Source of the DNA: a candidate division FCPU426 bacterium
Lineage (GTDB): Bacteria; Oederibacteriota; PGYV01; Palsa-1178
NCBI GenBank assembly: GCA_963840035.1
Contig: CAWIXE010000001.1
Span: 352,001 to 416,000, forward strand
Direction of reading: 5' to 3'
Length of the DNA stretch: 64,000 nucleotides
Shown one piece after another: positions 20,449 to 30,343 of this stretch. Position numbers and translations under genes: made by a program. Each line of letters opens with the position of its first letter. The stretch's first letter is position 1. Below the pieces are notes generated by a model. That model was not told where the DNA came from. It made no database searches and was given only the letters and a program-made list of their open reading frames with translations.

Positions 20449-21066
20449 TTGCCAAAAGCAGGAAAAAGGGAAATTCGCTCCATTTTAAAGGATCTGAGCC
20501 AGAAAATCCTGGCTCCTGTTGTTGTTCTTTTAAAAAAAACAGGAATAACCCCTGACATCCTTACCTGGACAGGGTTCCTGCTGAACTTACCCGCGGTTTA
20601 CTTCATTATTAAGGGTAATTTCGCAATAGCCGCTCTCATAGTTCTTTTTGCCGCCATTTTTGACATGTTAGACGGCGCTTTAGCCCGCATGGGAAACATG
20701 AAGACCAAATTCGGCGGGTTTCTTGATTCTACGGTGGACAGGTTTATAGAGGGAATTTTGTACTTCGGACTTCTTGTATACTATATTGAAACCGGAAATA
20801 AATACGGCATCATGTTAAGTTACGCGGTGTTGTTCTTTTCCTTTCTTGTCAGCTATTTGCGGGCAAGGGCCGGAGGGCTTAAGATTGACTGTGAAGTCGG
20901 GATCTTTACGCGGCCTGAAAGGCTTGTTGTTCTTATATTAGGGCTTCTTTTTAACCTGGTTTTTTATGTGCTGGTTATACTGGTTGTGGCGTCGTTTATC
21001 ACCGCGGTACAGCGCATGATGCTTGTTTATGCTGAGGCCAAAAAGTTGGATAAAAAAAGGAAATAA
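20449..21066 (+). CDS. pgsA: CDP-alcohol phosphatidyltransferase, probable phosphatidylinositol-phosphate synthase
   Basis: TPDILT, DMLDGALAR...FGGFLDSTVDR, VSYLRARA, TRPER; adjacent to ino1; TTG start after AAGGAG. Confidence 0.85.
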   Translation: MPKAGKREIRSILKDLSQKILAPVVVLLKKTGITPDILTWTGFLLNLPAVYFIIKGNFAIAALIVLFAAIFDMLDGALARMGNMKTKFGGFLDSTVDRFIEGILYFGLLVYYIETGNKYGIMLSYAVLFFSFLVSYLRARAGGLKIDCEVGIFTRPERLVVLILGLLFNLVFYVLVILVVASFITAVQRMMLVYAEAKKLDKKRK

Positions 21067-21081
21067 TTTCAAGGAGGGTTT

Positions 21082-22167
21082 TTGAAGATGGAAAAGAAGA
21101 AAATCAGACTCGCGATTGTCGGACTCGGAAACTGCGCCTGGTCTCTTATGCAGGGGCTGGAGTACTATAAAAACGTAAAAGATGACGCGCAGATACAGGG
21201 ATTAATGCACGCCAACCTCGGCGGTTACAGGATTAAGGACATAGAACTTGTGGCCGCGTTTGATGTTGATTCCAATAAGGTCGGTAAGGACGCCAAAGAA
21301 GCCCTTGAATCACCTCCGAACAATACCATTGAATTCGCGAAATTAAAAAAGACCGGGGTTAAGGTCATGATGGGAAAGACCCTGGACGGCCTCGGCAAAT
21401 ATTACAGGACCGTCGTAAAAGAAGCCACGGCAAAACCCGTTGACATAGCAAAAACATTAAAAAAAGTTAAGGCTGATGTCCTCGTATCATACCTCCCTGT
21501 CGGCTCGGAAAAAGCCGTTAAATTTTACGCTACCGAATGCCTGAAGGCAAAGGTCGCTTTTGTAAACGCCATCCCGGTTTTTGTCGCCTCAAACCCGGAA
21601 TGGGCTGAGAAATTCAAAAAAGCCGGCGTGCCTATTATCGGCGACGACATCAAGTCGCAGGTCGGCGCCACCATAGTACACAGGGTATTAACGCAGCTGT
21701 TCGGAGACAGAGGCTGCAAGATTTACAGGACATACCAGATAAACTTCGGCGGCAATATGGACTTCATGAATATGCTGGAGAGGGAAAGGCTTTACTCCAA
21801 GAAAATATCCAAGACTAACGCCGTGCTAAGCCAGATGCAGAACCCGATAAACGCCGCGGAAGACGTCCACGTCGGCCCGAGCGACTACGTGCCGTGGTTA
21901 AAGGACAGGAAATGGTGCTATATAAAGATAGAAGGCTCCAATTTCGGCGAAGTTCCCATCGACATAGAGCTAAAGCTTGAGGTCTGGGATTCCCCCAACA
22001 GCGCCGGAGTTATCATTGACGCTGTAAGATGCGCGAAGATCGCCCTGGACAGGAAGATCGGCGGCATACTTGAAGGCCCTTCGGCGTATTTCATGAAAAC
22101 GCCTCCCAAACAGTACAACGACTCAAAAGCAAAGCAAATGGTCGAGGACTTCATTAAGGAAAGATAA
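21082..22167 (+). CDS. ino1: myo-inositol-1-phosphate synthase (short, actinobacterial/archaeal-type)
   Basis: [47 protein letters not shown]. Confidence 0.96.
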   Translation: MKMEKKKIRLAIVGLGNCAWSLMQGLEYYKNVKDDAQIQGLMHANLGGYRIKDIELVAAFDVDSNKVGKDAKEALESPPNNTIEFAKLKKTGVKVMMGKTLDGLGKYYRTVVKEATAKPVDIAKTLKKVKADVLVSYLPVGSEKAVKFYATECLKAKVAFVNAIPVFVASNPEWAEKFKKAGVPIIGDDIKSQVGATIVHRVLTQLFGDRGCKIYRTYQINFGGNMDFMNMLERERLYSKKISKTNAVLSQMQNPINAAEDVHVGPSDYVPWLKDRKWCYIKIEGSNFGEVPIDIELKLEVWDSPNSAGVIIDAVRCAKIALDRKIGGILEGPSAYFMKTPPKQYNDSKAKQMVEDFIKER

Positions 22168-23034
22168 ATGTACATACTGCTCAAACTCACAGAGCTGATA
22201 ATACAAAATATCCCGCGTAAAGCGGGATATTTTATTTTTACCGTTTTTTCAAAAATGTCATTCATCTTTAACAAAAAACGCAGGGAGACTCTCCGGGAAA
22301 ACTTGAGCGCAGCCATCGGCGCGGATAAAGTAGATGACGCGCTCTTAAAAAAGGTATTTGTCAATTACGGCAAGTATTACTGCGACCTTTTCATGAAAAC
22401 CACCAGCCTGCAGGCCTATATCCCGGCGGAGTGCGGCAATTATTTTCGTGACACCATTGTTCCCGTTGTAAATTCATACCTTACCAAAGGGCGCGGCGTT
22501 ATTTTTGCGTCCATGCATTACGGCAGCTGGGACATAGCCGGCAGTTTTGCCGCCGGGTACTTTAAGGGAAAGCTCAATGTTGTTGTTGAAAAGCTCTCAG
22601 GCGGTATGTTTAAATGGTTCATGGAGAAACGCGGCGTCCTGGGCATGAAGCCGATCGAATCCACCGACATCAAATCCATGATCAGGGTTTTAAAAGCCGG
22701 CGAAATACTCATCTTAATGGCCGACCGCGACCTGGACAAACGCGGCTATAAAATGGATTATTTCGGGAAGAAAGCGTGCATCCCCAGCGGCCCGGCGAAG
22801 ATATCGTTAATGGCTAAAACCCCGATATTCATAGGCGTGGCACCGAGGGATAAGGACGATAACTTCTGGCCAATGCTTAACATACCGCCGATTAACGCGG
22901 AATGCGTCGAAAGGTCGGAAGAAGCGGCGGAAAACATAACAAAACAGCTTGTCGCCGCGATGGAGAAGTTCGTAAGAAACGACCCGTCACAGTGGTGTAT
23001 GCTGCAGGAGGTCTTTGTAAAGGAAGATAAGTAA
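22168..23034 (+). CDS. PatA/LpxL-family lysophospholipid acyltransferase (copy 1)
   Basis: HYGSWD (H-x4-D), ADRD, YFG, P.GPA, DPSQW. Confidence 0.85.
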   Translation: MYILLKLTELIIQNIPRKAGYFIFTVFSKMSFIFNKKRRETLRENLSAAIGADKVDDALLKKVFVNYGKYYCDLFMKTTSLQAYIPAECGNYFRDTIVPVVNSYLTKGRGVIFASMHYGSWDIAGSFAAGYFKGKLNVVVEKLSGGMFKWFMEKRGVLGMKPIESTDIKSMIRVLKAGEILILMADRDLDKRGYKMDYFGKKACIPSGPAKISLMAKTPIFIGVAPRDKDDNFWPMLNIPPINAECVERSEEAAENITKQLVAAMEKFVRNDPSQWCMLQEVFVKEDK

Positions 23035-23109
23035 TAGAAAAACGGAGCTGGATTATCACTTCTCCTGTCTCCAATCTCTTGTCTCTTAACCTCTAAGGAG
23101 CAACAACTT

Positions 23110-24249
23110 TTGACAAAAAGTAAAAGTTTTAAAAAAATAGCCATAGTAACGCCGTACTACTACCCGCTGTTTGGCGGCGTACAGGAGTATGTCTATCACT
23201 TAAAGAAAGAATATAAAAAACTCGGCTACTATGTCCGCGTTATAACCGGCACTTTTAAGAGGGAGCACAGCAAGGACGAGAACGAGGTCCTTCGCATGGG
23301 GCTCGGCGTGCCGATAAAGTTTAACGGCTCGGTAGGCAGGATCATCATGATACGCCGCGGTGAAAAGGTCAGGCAGACCCTTGATTATTATAACTTTGAC
23401 ATCATCCACCTCCAGGAACCCTTTGTTCCCTTCCTTTCGCACGACGTTATTAAGTATTCAAAAGCCGTCAATGTCGCCACCTTCCACGCCAATTTTGAGA
23501 CAAACTTCTTTTACAGCTTTGGCAGGGTTTTCCTCCTGCCTTTGTGGGACAGGCTTGCCGGCAGGATAGCTGTATCGCCTTCGGCTAAATCAAGCATTAC
23601 CAAATATTTCAGCGGCAAAGATGTTGAAATAATACCCAACGGCGTTGACACTTCCCGCTTCACGCCTAAAAACAAAAAGATAAAGAGATTTGATGACGGT
23701 ATGACAAATATTCTTTTTACAGGCAGGGTGGAAAAACGCAAAGGCCTGATATATCTGCTCCAGGCTTTCGGCGGGTTAAAGAAAAAACACCCGAAGATAC
23801 GCCTTATAGTCGTAGGCAGGGGCCCTCTTTTAAAGCATCACAAAAAATATGTAGAAGACAATAAAATCAAAGACGTCCACTTCGAGGGTTTTGTTCCCAT
23901 AGACGACCTTCCGCGTTATTATTCCACGGCCGACATCTACTGCTCCCCGGCTTTATTCGGGGAATCATTCGGCATAGTCCTGCTTGAGGCCATGGCCTCG
24001 GCGGTTCCTGTTGTGGCTTTCAACATAAGCGGGTATAATGACGTGGTCTCGAACTTAAGCGACGGCCTGCTCGCCGAGCCGCGAAACATACACGACCTGG
24101 CAGAAAAGCTGGAACTGCTTATAACCGATAAGAAACTGCGGCGCACTCTCGGGTCAAACGGCCTGAAAAAAGCGCGCAAATTCACATGGAAAGAGATAGC
24201 AGCGCGCAACATTGCGTATTATAAAAAACTCTGGGAGAACAAAAAATAA
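23110..24249 (+). CDS. pimA: GT4 glycosyltransferase, PimA-like (phosphatidyl-myo-inositol mannosyltransferase)
   Basis: PYYYPLFGGVQ, FNGSV, HLQEP..P, VATFH, RIAVS, IPNGVD, RKG, GESFGIVLLEAMA. Confidence 0.8.
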   Translation: MTKSKSFKKIAIVTPYYYPLFGGVQEYVYHLKKEYKKLGYYVRVITGTFKREHSKDENEVLRMGLGVPIKFNGSVGRIIMIRRGEKVRQTLDYYNFDIIHLQEPFVPFLSHDVIKYSKAVNVATFHANFETNFFYSFGRVFLLPLWDRLAGRIAVSPSAKSSITKYFSGKDVEIIPNGVDTSRFTPKNKKIKRFDDGMTNILFTGRVEKRKGLIYLLQAFGGLKKKHPKIRLIVVGRGPLLKHHKKYVEDNKIKDVHFEGFVPIDDLPRYYSTADIYCSPALFGESFGIVLLEAMASAVPVVAFNISGYNDVVSNLSDGLLAEPRNIHDLAEKLELLITDKKLRRTLGSNGLKKARKFTWKEIAARNIAYYKKLWENKK

Positions 24250-25118
24250 TGTATTACATCCTCCGCTTTGCCACCTGGTTCATCTGCCTTTTCCCCATTA
24301 AGCCGCTTTACGCATTCGCCGGCTGGGCCACTAAAATAGTTTTTAAGTTCTGGAAGGAAAAACGGGAAAACATCCATAGAAATTACTCCGTGATTCTGTC
24401 AAAAAAGTACGGAAGGCCGGCCACTGGAGAAGAGATTAATGCCGTAATGGAGGATAACTACATCAACTACGGCAAGTTCAATGTAGAGTTCCTCTATATG
24501 AACAAGCTGATAAAAATGTCAAACCTTCCGCCCGCAAGGAATATTGAGCGCATTGACGAAGGCTTAAAACCCGGCAAAGGCCTCATGATATGTACCCTTC
24601 ACTTTTCCAACTGGGACGTGGCAGGCGCCATCATATCCGGCCATTATAAAGATAAATGCGAAGTCTGGGCCATAGCCGACGACTTAGGCGGCGGTTATTC
24701 AAAGTTCATCCAGGATTCCAGAAACCGCTACGGCATCAAGATAGTTCTGGGTAACAAGAACATAAAAGACGCCTACGGCTGCTTAAACAGGGGCGGCATA
24801 TTGAACGTGCTCTTAGACAGGCCATTGCCCCGCACAGACAAAAGCGGCGTTGAAGTGGAATTCTTCGGCAAAAAGATATGGGTAGCCTCCACAGCCGCCC
24901 GCATAGCCCTTAAAACAGGCTGCAGGATGTTAGTAGGCTACGCAGTAAGGGAAGGCATGTCCTTCTACGGCCAGCCCGGCCCGCTGCTGGAATACACCCT
25001 CACAGGCGACAAAGACAAGGACGTCCAGATAATCACCCAGTCAGCCATGAGAGACGCGGAAAAACTCATCATGGACCACCCGGAACAGTGGTATATGTTC
25101 AGGAATATGTGGACTTAA
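24249..25118 (+). CDS. PatA/LpxL-family lysophospholipid acyltransferase (copy 2)
   Basis: HFSNWD, LLDRP, GVEVEFFGK, HPEQWYMFRNMW. Confidence 0.85.
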   Translation: MYYILRFATWFICLFPIKPLYAFAGWATKIVFKFWKEKRENIHRNYSVILSKKYGRPATGEEINAVMEDNYINYGKFNVEFLYMNKLIKMSNLPPARNIERIDEGLKPGKGLMICTLHFSNWDVAGAIISGHYKDKCEVWAIADDLGGGYSKFIQDSRNRYGIKIVLGNKNIKDAYGCLNRGGILNVLLDRPLPRTDKSGVEVEFFGKKIWVASTAARIALKTGCRMLVGYAVREGMSFYGQPGPLLEYTLTGDKDKDVQIITQSAMRDAEKLIMDHPEQWYMFRNMWT

Positions 25119-25255
25119 AACAAATTTTCAATTCTAAATTTTCAATTTTCAATTAAATTCTTGCGTTTTAATAATCGCACTGTATAATGTCTTTTGTTAT
25201 TATTTGTTATTAATTGAAAATTTAAAATATAAAATTGAAAATCGGAAGGTTGACA

Positions 25256-25984
25256 ATGCCAAAAAAAGTATTTAAAAACAACAAACTACCAAAAGGTTTT
25301 TCAAAGGCCGACTACCACATCCACACCTCCATAGGCGACGCGGTAATGACGCCTCAGGAGCTGGTTGACTTCTGCGAGCATAAGACCGACTTAAAAGTAA
25401 TCGCCGTCACAGACCACGACCAGATAAAAGGGGCCATAGAGGCTCAGCAGTACGCCAAAAAGAAAAAGTACAAGCTGGAAGTCATAGTGGGTGAGGAAGT
25501 CTCCACACTTAAAGGCCACCTCATAGGCCTCTTCATGAAACAGCGCATCAGAAGGTACACGACGCTCCCCAAAACCATAAAGATGATACACGAACAGGGC
25601 GGCATAGTCATAGTCCCCCACCCATTGTCATGGTTGACCACCAGCGTGGGTGAGATGGCCTTCAGGCAGATAATAAAGTCAAAGGATCCCAACATATATT
25701 TCGACGCTGTAGAATTAATAAATCCGGCGATAGCCGGGAAGATAACGGACGGAAAGGCTCAGAAACTTAACGATAAAGTTTGGAAACTCCCCGTCACAGG
25801 CGGCTCAGACGCCCACTCCATAGACGGCATAGGCTCAGCATACACAATCTTCAAAGGCAAAACCGCCGAAGACTTCCGCAAAGCGATCTTAAACGGCACA
25901 ACCACATACGGCGGTTGTTACTGGAACTTCAGGGAGCATTGGGATTTGTTTGTGGAAAAATTTAAAAAGTTTAAAGTTTTTTAA
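25256..25984 (+). CDS. PHP-domain metal-dependent phosphoesterase
   Basis: DYHIHT, TDHD, GEEVST..GHL, PHP, GGSDAH metal-ligand motifs. Confidence 0.88.
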   Translation: MPKKVFKNNKLPKGFSKADYHIHTSIGDAVMTPQELVDFCEHKTDLKVIAVTDHDQIKGAIEAQQYAKKKKYKLEVIVGEEVSTLKGHLIGLFMKQRIRRYTTLPKTIKMIHEQGGIVIVPHPLSWLTTSVGEMAFRQIIKSKDPNIYFDAVELINPAIAGKITDGKAQKLNDKVWKLPVTGGSDAHSIDGIGSAYTIFKGKTAEDFRKAILNGTTTYGGCYWNFREHWDLFVEKFKKFKVF

Positions 25985-26146
25985 TTTAATATTTCTATTA
26001 AACCTTTAATATAAAACATTCCTGCGTTTCAAAACATAACATTTCTGTTCTATTTTTTAACATTTTCCGTTCTATTTTTAAACACTTTTATCCACATTTC
26101 CCCATTATAAATCACAAATAGTAAATTTTAAATGGGTTTTTCACTC

Positions 26147-26162
26147 TGGCACACCCCTTGCT
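26147..26162 (+). promoter_or_regulatory. Sigma54 (-24/-12) promoter upstream of hsp20
   Basis: TGGCAC-ACCCC-TTGCT, exact match to the consensus. Confidence 0.75.
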
Positions 26163-26220
26163 TTTTAATAATTTGAAACCGCTAACAATGGCGGGAATAA
26201 AAAACAAGGAGGCGAGTTGT

Positions 26221-26655
26221 ATGAGACATCTTGAAAGGCACGACTTACCGGTTTTAAGAAGTAACACCTTTTTTCCCAGCTTTTTCGACGACTTTTTAGG
26301 GAAAGAGGACTTCATGGGGCTTTCGAAGTTTACGCCGGCGGTTGATGTCGCGGAGGAAAAGGACAGGTATGTTGTGAAGGCGGATTTCCCGGGCATGAAA
26401 CAGGAAGACATCAGGGTTGAGGTGGACGCTAACACGCTGACTATCTCGGGGGAAAGAAAGCACGAGAAAGAGGAAAAAGACGACAAAAAACACTACCACT
26501 ACTATGAGCGCAGCTACGGCTCTTTCGAACGCACCTTCACCCTCCCGCACGACGCTGACGGCGACAAGATCAAAGCCAAAGTGGAACACGGGGTCCTCAC
26601 GGTTGACATACCGAAATCAGAGACGAAAAAGGCTAAGGAAATAAAGGTGGAGTAA
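26221..26655 (+). CDS. Hsp20/alpha-crystallin small heat-shock protein
   Basis: PAVDV.E, PG, LTISGER, ERSYGSFERTFTLP, GVLTV.IPK; AGGAGG RBS. Confidence 0.95.
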   Translation: MRHLERHDLPVLRSNTFFPSFFDDFLGKEDFMGLSKFTPAVDVAEEKDRYVVKADFPGMKQEDIRVEVDANTLTISGERKHEKEEKDDKKHYHYYERSYGSFERTFTLPHDADGDKIKAKVEHGVLTVDIPKSETKKAKEIKVE

Positions 26656-26674
26656 CGCAAGGACAAATGAAACC

Positions 26675-26701
26675 TGAGGGCGCATAATATGCGCCCTCTA
26701 C
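26675..26701 (-). repeat. Single GTAG-REP hairpin after hsp20 (may double as a terminator)
   Basis: Minus strand GTAG-AGGGCGCAT-ATT-ATGCGCCCT. Confidence 0.6.
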
Positions 26702-26759
26702 GGTTTTATGAATTGTCTTCCTCCTAAACCCCTAATCCTTACCCTTATGTTCCTGCCTT

Positions 26760-27792
26760 GAGACGCAGACAAGCTGCGTCTCTACAATGGTTGTAAATAT
26801 TTCAGCTGTGAAAACCCGTAGAGACGGGACCCGTGCCCGTCTCCGCGCTGCTGCGTTGCTGCCCTGAGACGCAGACAAGCTGCGTCTCTACAGTGTGCGT
26901 AAATATTTCAGTTCTTAAAACCCGTAGAGACGGGACCCGTGCCCGTCTCCGCGCTGCTGCGTTGCTGCCCTGAGACGCAGACAAGCTGCGTCTCTACAGT
27001 GGTTATAAATATTTCAGCTGTAAAAACCGTAGAGACGGGCCTTGTGCCCGTCTCCACGCTGCTGCGTTGTTGCACTGAGACGCAGACAAGCTGCGTCTCT
27101 ACAGTGGGTGTAAATATTTACAGCTGTTAAACCCGCAGAGACGGGACCCGTGCCCGTCTCCGCGCTGCTGCGTTGCTGCCCTGAGACGCAGACAAGCTGC
27201 GTCTCTACAATGGGTGTAAATATTTACAGCTGTTAAACCCGTAGAGACGGGACTCGTGCCCGTCTCCGCGCTGCTGCGTTGCTGCCCTGAGACGCAGACA
27301 AGCTGCGTCTCTACAATGGTTGTAAATATTTCAGCTGTTAAAACCGTAGAGACGGGACCCGTGCCCGTCTCCGCGCTGCTGCGTTGCTGCCCTGAGACGC
27401 AGACAAGCTGCGTCTCTACAATGGTTGTAAATATTTCAGCTGTGAAAACCCGTAGAGACGGGACCCGTGCCCGTCTCCGCGCTGCTGCGTTGCTGCCCTG
27501 AGACGCAGACAAGCTGCGTCTCTACAATGGTTGTAAATATTTCAGCTGTGAAAACCCGTAGAGACGGGACCCGTGCCCGTCTCCGCGCTGCTGCGTTGCT
27601 GCCCTGAGACGCAGACAAGCTGCGTCTCTACAATGGTTGTAAATATTTCAGCTGTTAAAACCGTAGAGACGGGCCTTGTGCCCGTCTCCGCGCTGCTGCG
27701 TTGCTGCCCTGAGACGCAGACAAGCTGCGTCTCTACAATGGTTGTAAATATTTCAGCTGTTAAAACCGTAGAGACGGGCCTCGTGCCCGTCT
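26760..27792. repeat. BIME-like tandem array: 10 units of 105-106 bp, each with two inverted GTAG-REPs
   Basis: GAGACGCAGACAAGCTGCGTCTCTAC at 26760, 26866, 26972, 27077, 27183, 27289, 27394, 27500, 27606, 27711, alternating with GTAGAGACGGG..CCCGTCTC. Confidence 0.95.
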
Positions 27793-27900
27793 AAACCCCG
27801 GATCGATCCAGACCCCCACGAGGGGCGTCTCTACGAATCTCTTGCATTTTCCTGTCACCTGCAATATAATACATTCATATTAAACAAACGGGGAGATTAT

Positions 27901-28293
27901 ATGATAGACAACAAACAGGAAGACAACATAGACCTGATTAACCTTGTGCTCATGCTCAATCAGAACGCCTTAATATCTTTGGGTGAGGCTTCGCGGTTTG
28001 CCGGCGGGAAAAAGTCAGAGAACCTTCCCCACGCGCGGCAGGCCATCAACATGCTTAAATCCATACAGGAAAAGACCAAAAACAACCTCACTCCCGGCGA
28101 GACAAAGCTTATTTTCAGGCTGCTGGGCGATTTGCAGGCCAAGTATGTGAAAGCCGCCGGGCTCGACAGGCCGGGGGAAGTCAAGTCCTCAAACCCCAAA
28201 CGGGATAAGCTCGAAGCGGCACTGGATAAGTTCAAGACCGATGACCTTGCAAAGATACTCGCTGACCTCGCCAAAAAATCAGCAGATAAATAA
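27901..28293 (+). CDS. DUF1844-like protein
   Basis: LV.ML...ALISLG, ARQAINML..IQEKTKNNLT..E...L..LQ..YV. Confidence 0.75.
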   Translation: MIDNKQEDNIDLINLVLMLNQNALISLGEASRFAGGKKSENLPHARQAINMLKSIQEKTKNNLTPGETKLIFRLLGDLQAKYVKAAGLDRPGEVKSSNPKRDKLEAALDKFKTDDLAKILADLAKKSADK

Positions 28294-28299
28294 TACCTG

Positions 28300-28800
28300 A
28301 TGCTTCAATATCAAAACATAAAAAAAATAGGAGTTATTTCGGATACCCACATACCCACGCGCGCCGAGAGCCTTCCTGAAAAAATATCTTCAATTTTTAA
28401 GGGCGTTGACCTTATAATTCATTGCGGCGATATTGTTTCCGATGACGTTCTTGTGGAACTCTCTTCCATAGCGCCTGTGGCCGCTGTAAAGGGCAACATG
28501 GACTCATACGGAATAAGCCTTCCTGTTGAGGAAATCATAAAAATAAATGACACCTTCACCATTTGCGCGTCCCACGGCGCGGGTTCTCCTTTTAGCATTA
28601 AAGAACGCCTTTATAAGGCCTTTAAACAATACGCCCCGTCCTTGGTCTTATACGGCCACACGCACATAGCAGCGAAGGATGAATACATGGGCATACCATT
28701 TTTTAATCCGGGCAGCCCCACGGCAGGCTCTTCTTTTGACTCCGTGGGCATTATACTTATAGAAGAAAATATATTAAATACAGAAGTTATAAAGCTCTAA
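28300..28800 (+). CDS. Metallophosphoesterase, YfcE/MJ0936 family
   Basis: ISDTH, HCGD, VKGNMD, SHG, GHTH, NPGS. Confidence 0.9.
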   Translation: MLQYQNIKKIGVISDTHIPTRAESLPEKISSIFKGVDLIIHCGDIVSDDVLVELSSIAPVAAVKGNMDSYGISLPVEEIIKINDTFTICASHGAGSPFSIKERLYKAFKQYAPSLVLYGHTHIAAKDEYMGIPFFNPGSPTAGSSFDSVGIILIEENILNTEVIKL

Positions 28801-29002
28801 CTTTTGAAATACGTTTACTTATTGTGAATTCGTACCTTTGGGGGCATTACCAACCAATAAAACACCTTAAAAATATAGCATTTATTATACTGGTGTTATT
28901 GTGTATAAGTGTTAATTGATTGTGGATAAGTAGGAGTTTGTACGAAAATTTCCGAAAACACATAATACCTTATTTTCTACGATTTTAGTATTTGTTAGGA
29001 TT

Positions 29003-29114
29003 GTCATTGCGAGGAGCCGTATTTGTCTTATGGCGACGAAGCAATCTCTGTATTTCGCCAGTAGAACAGAGATTGCTTCGTCGGCGAAATTCAAATTCGC
29101 CTCCTCGCAATGAC
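29003..29114 (+). repeat. GTCATTGCGAG...CTCGCAATGAC palindromic element
   Basis: Full-length copy with terminal IR and internal hairpin; lies between convergent genes. Confidence 0.9.
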
Positions 29115-29125
29115 GTCTATATATA

Positions 29126-30343
29126 CTACTCTTTCGCCCTTATTATCGAATATGGCCCCGGGACTTCATTTGACCCTATTTCAATTACATAATCTTTATA
29201 CTGCTTTGTATGCGTGTATTCCATTCCATCCGTGTCCGTAATCCCCTTAATTACAATATTAAATGTTTTACCCTCCGGCGTATACACTTCAAAGGTATCG
29301 CCTATCTTCATGGTGGCTTTCACATCAGCTAAAAACCTGTTCTTATCCCTGTTCTCCCTGATAAAACCCGCGTATCTGTACGTGGCCTGGTAGTCTGATG
29401 ATTTGTAATTCTGGTTTATCCCGCCATCAGGAAAATAAAGCCCGTCAGTGAATTCCCTGTGAGAAACTTTTTCAAGTTCTTTTATGTATTCAGTGTTAAA
29501 AACATATCCGCCGGGGTCTTTCATGTATGAGTCCACGATGCTCCTGTATACCGAGGCTGTAACCGCCGCGTAATGTGACGACTTCATCCTTCCTTCTATC
29601 TTGAAACTTTCAATCCCTATCTCCATAAACTTATGCAGTTCCGGCGCAGAGCACAGGTCTTTTGAGTTGAATATATAAGTGCCTCTTTCATCCTCCATGA
29701 CCGGCATGTATTCTCCCGGCCTTTTTTCCTCCACCAGTTTATAGCTCCACCTGCACGGCTGGCTGCACTCGCCCTTGTTCGCGTCCCTGCCTGTCATATA
29801 GTTTGACATCAGGCACCTGCCGGACAATGACATGCATATGGCGCCGTGGACAAATACCTCAAGCTCCATGTCCGGGCACTTTTCCCTTATTGTTTTAATG
29901 TCGGCAAACGGAAGTTCCCTGGCCAGCACCACCCTTTTCGCGCCCGCCTTCTGCCATGCCTTAACTTCCATATAGTTCATATTGTTCGCCTGCACTGATA
30001 TGTGCGCGGCAAGAGAAGGAGCCTCTTCTTTGAGCAGCTGCATGACACCGGGGTCTGAAATGATGACAGCGTCAACCTTAAGGCTTTCAAGATAACGGAA
30101 ATAAACCCTCATGGGTTCTATGTCGCTGTTATACGGGAAGATGTTGGCGGTTATATAGATTTTTTTTCCGGCGGCGTGTGTTTTTTCAACCGCGGTTTTT
30201 AATCCGTCATGGCTGAAATTTCCCGCGGAAGAGCGCAGGCCGAAGTTTTCGCCCGCGGCGTACACCGCGTCAGCTCCGAAACGCAGGGCAAACTCAAGTT
30301 TTTCCAGGTTTCCGGCGGGGGAGAGTATCTCAGGCTTTTTCAT
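29126..30343 (-). CDS. U32-family protein (YegQ/TrhP-like tRNA hydroxylation protein)
   Basis: PEILSPAG, GADAVY, EVFVHGAICMSLSGRC, CSQPCR, SKDL, KIEGRMKS. Confidence 0.9.
   Translation of the reverse strand: MKKPEILSPAGNLEKLEFALRFGADAVYAAGENFGLRSSAGNFSHDGLKTAVEKTHAAGKKIYITANIFPYNSDIEPMRVYFRYLESLKVDAVIISDPGVMQLLKEEAPSLAAHISVQANNMNYMEVKAWQKAGAKRVVLARELPFADIKTIREKCPDMELEVFVHGAICMSLSGRCLMSNYMTGRDANKGECSQPCRWSYKLVEEKRPGEYMPVMEDERGTYIFNSKDLCSAPELHKFMEIGIESFKIEGRMKSSHYAAVTASVYRSIVDSYMKDPGGYVFNTEYIKELEKVSHREFTDGLYFPDGGINQNYKSSDYQATYRYAGFIRENRDKNRFLADVKATMKIGDTFEVYTPEGKTFNIVIKGITDTDGMEYTHTKQYKDYVIEIGSNEVPGPYSIIRAKE

Noticed and set aside
26760..27792. CRISPR array (26-nt palindromic repeat at regular spacing)
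   Set aside because: The intervening sequences are near-identical to each other and contain a second REP; no cas genes in the window
26802..27794. Short ORFs (VETQLVCVS / PETQTSCVST repeats)
   Set aside because: Translations of REP DNA on both strands, with no RBS or coding signal
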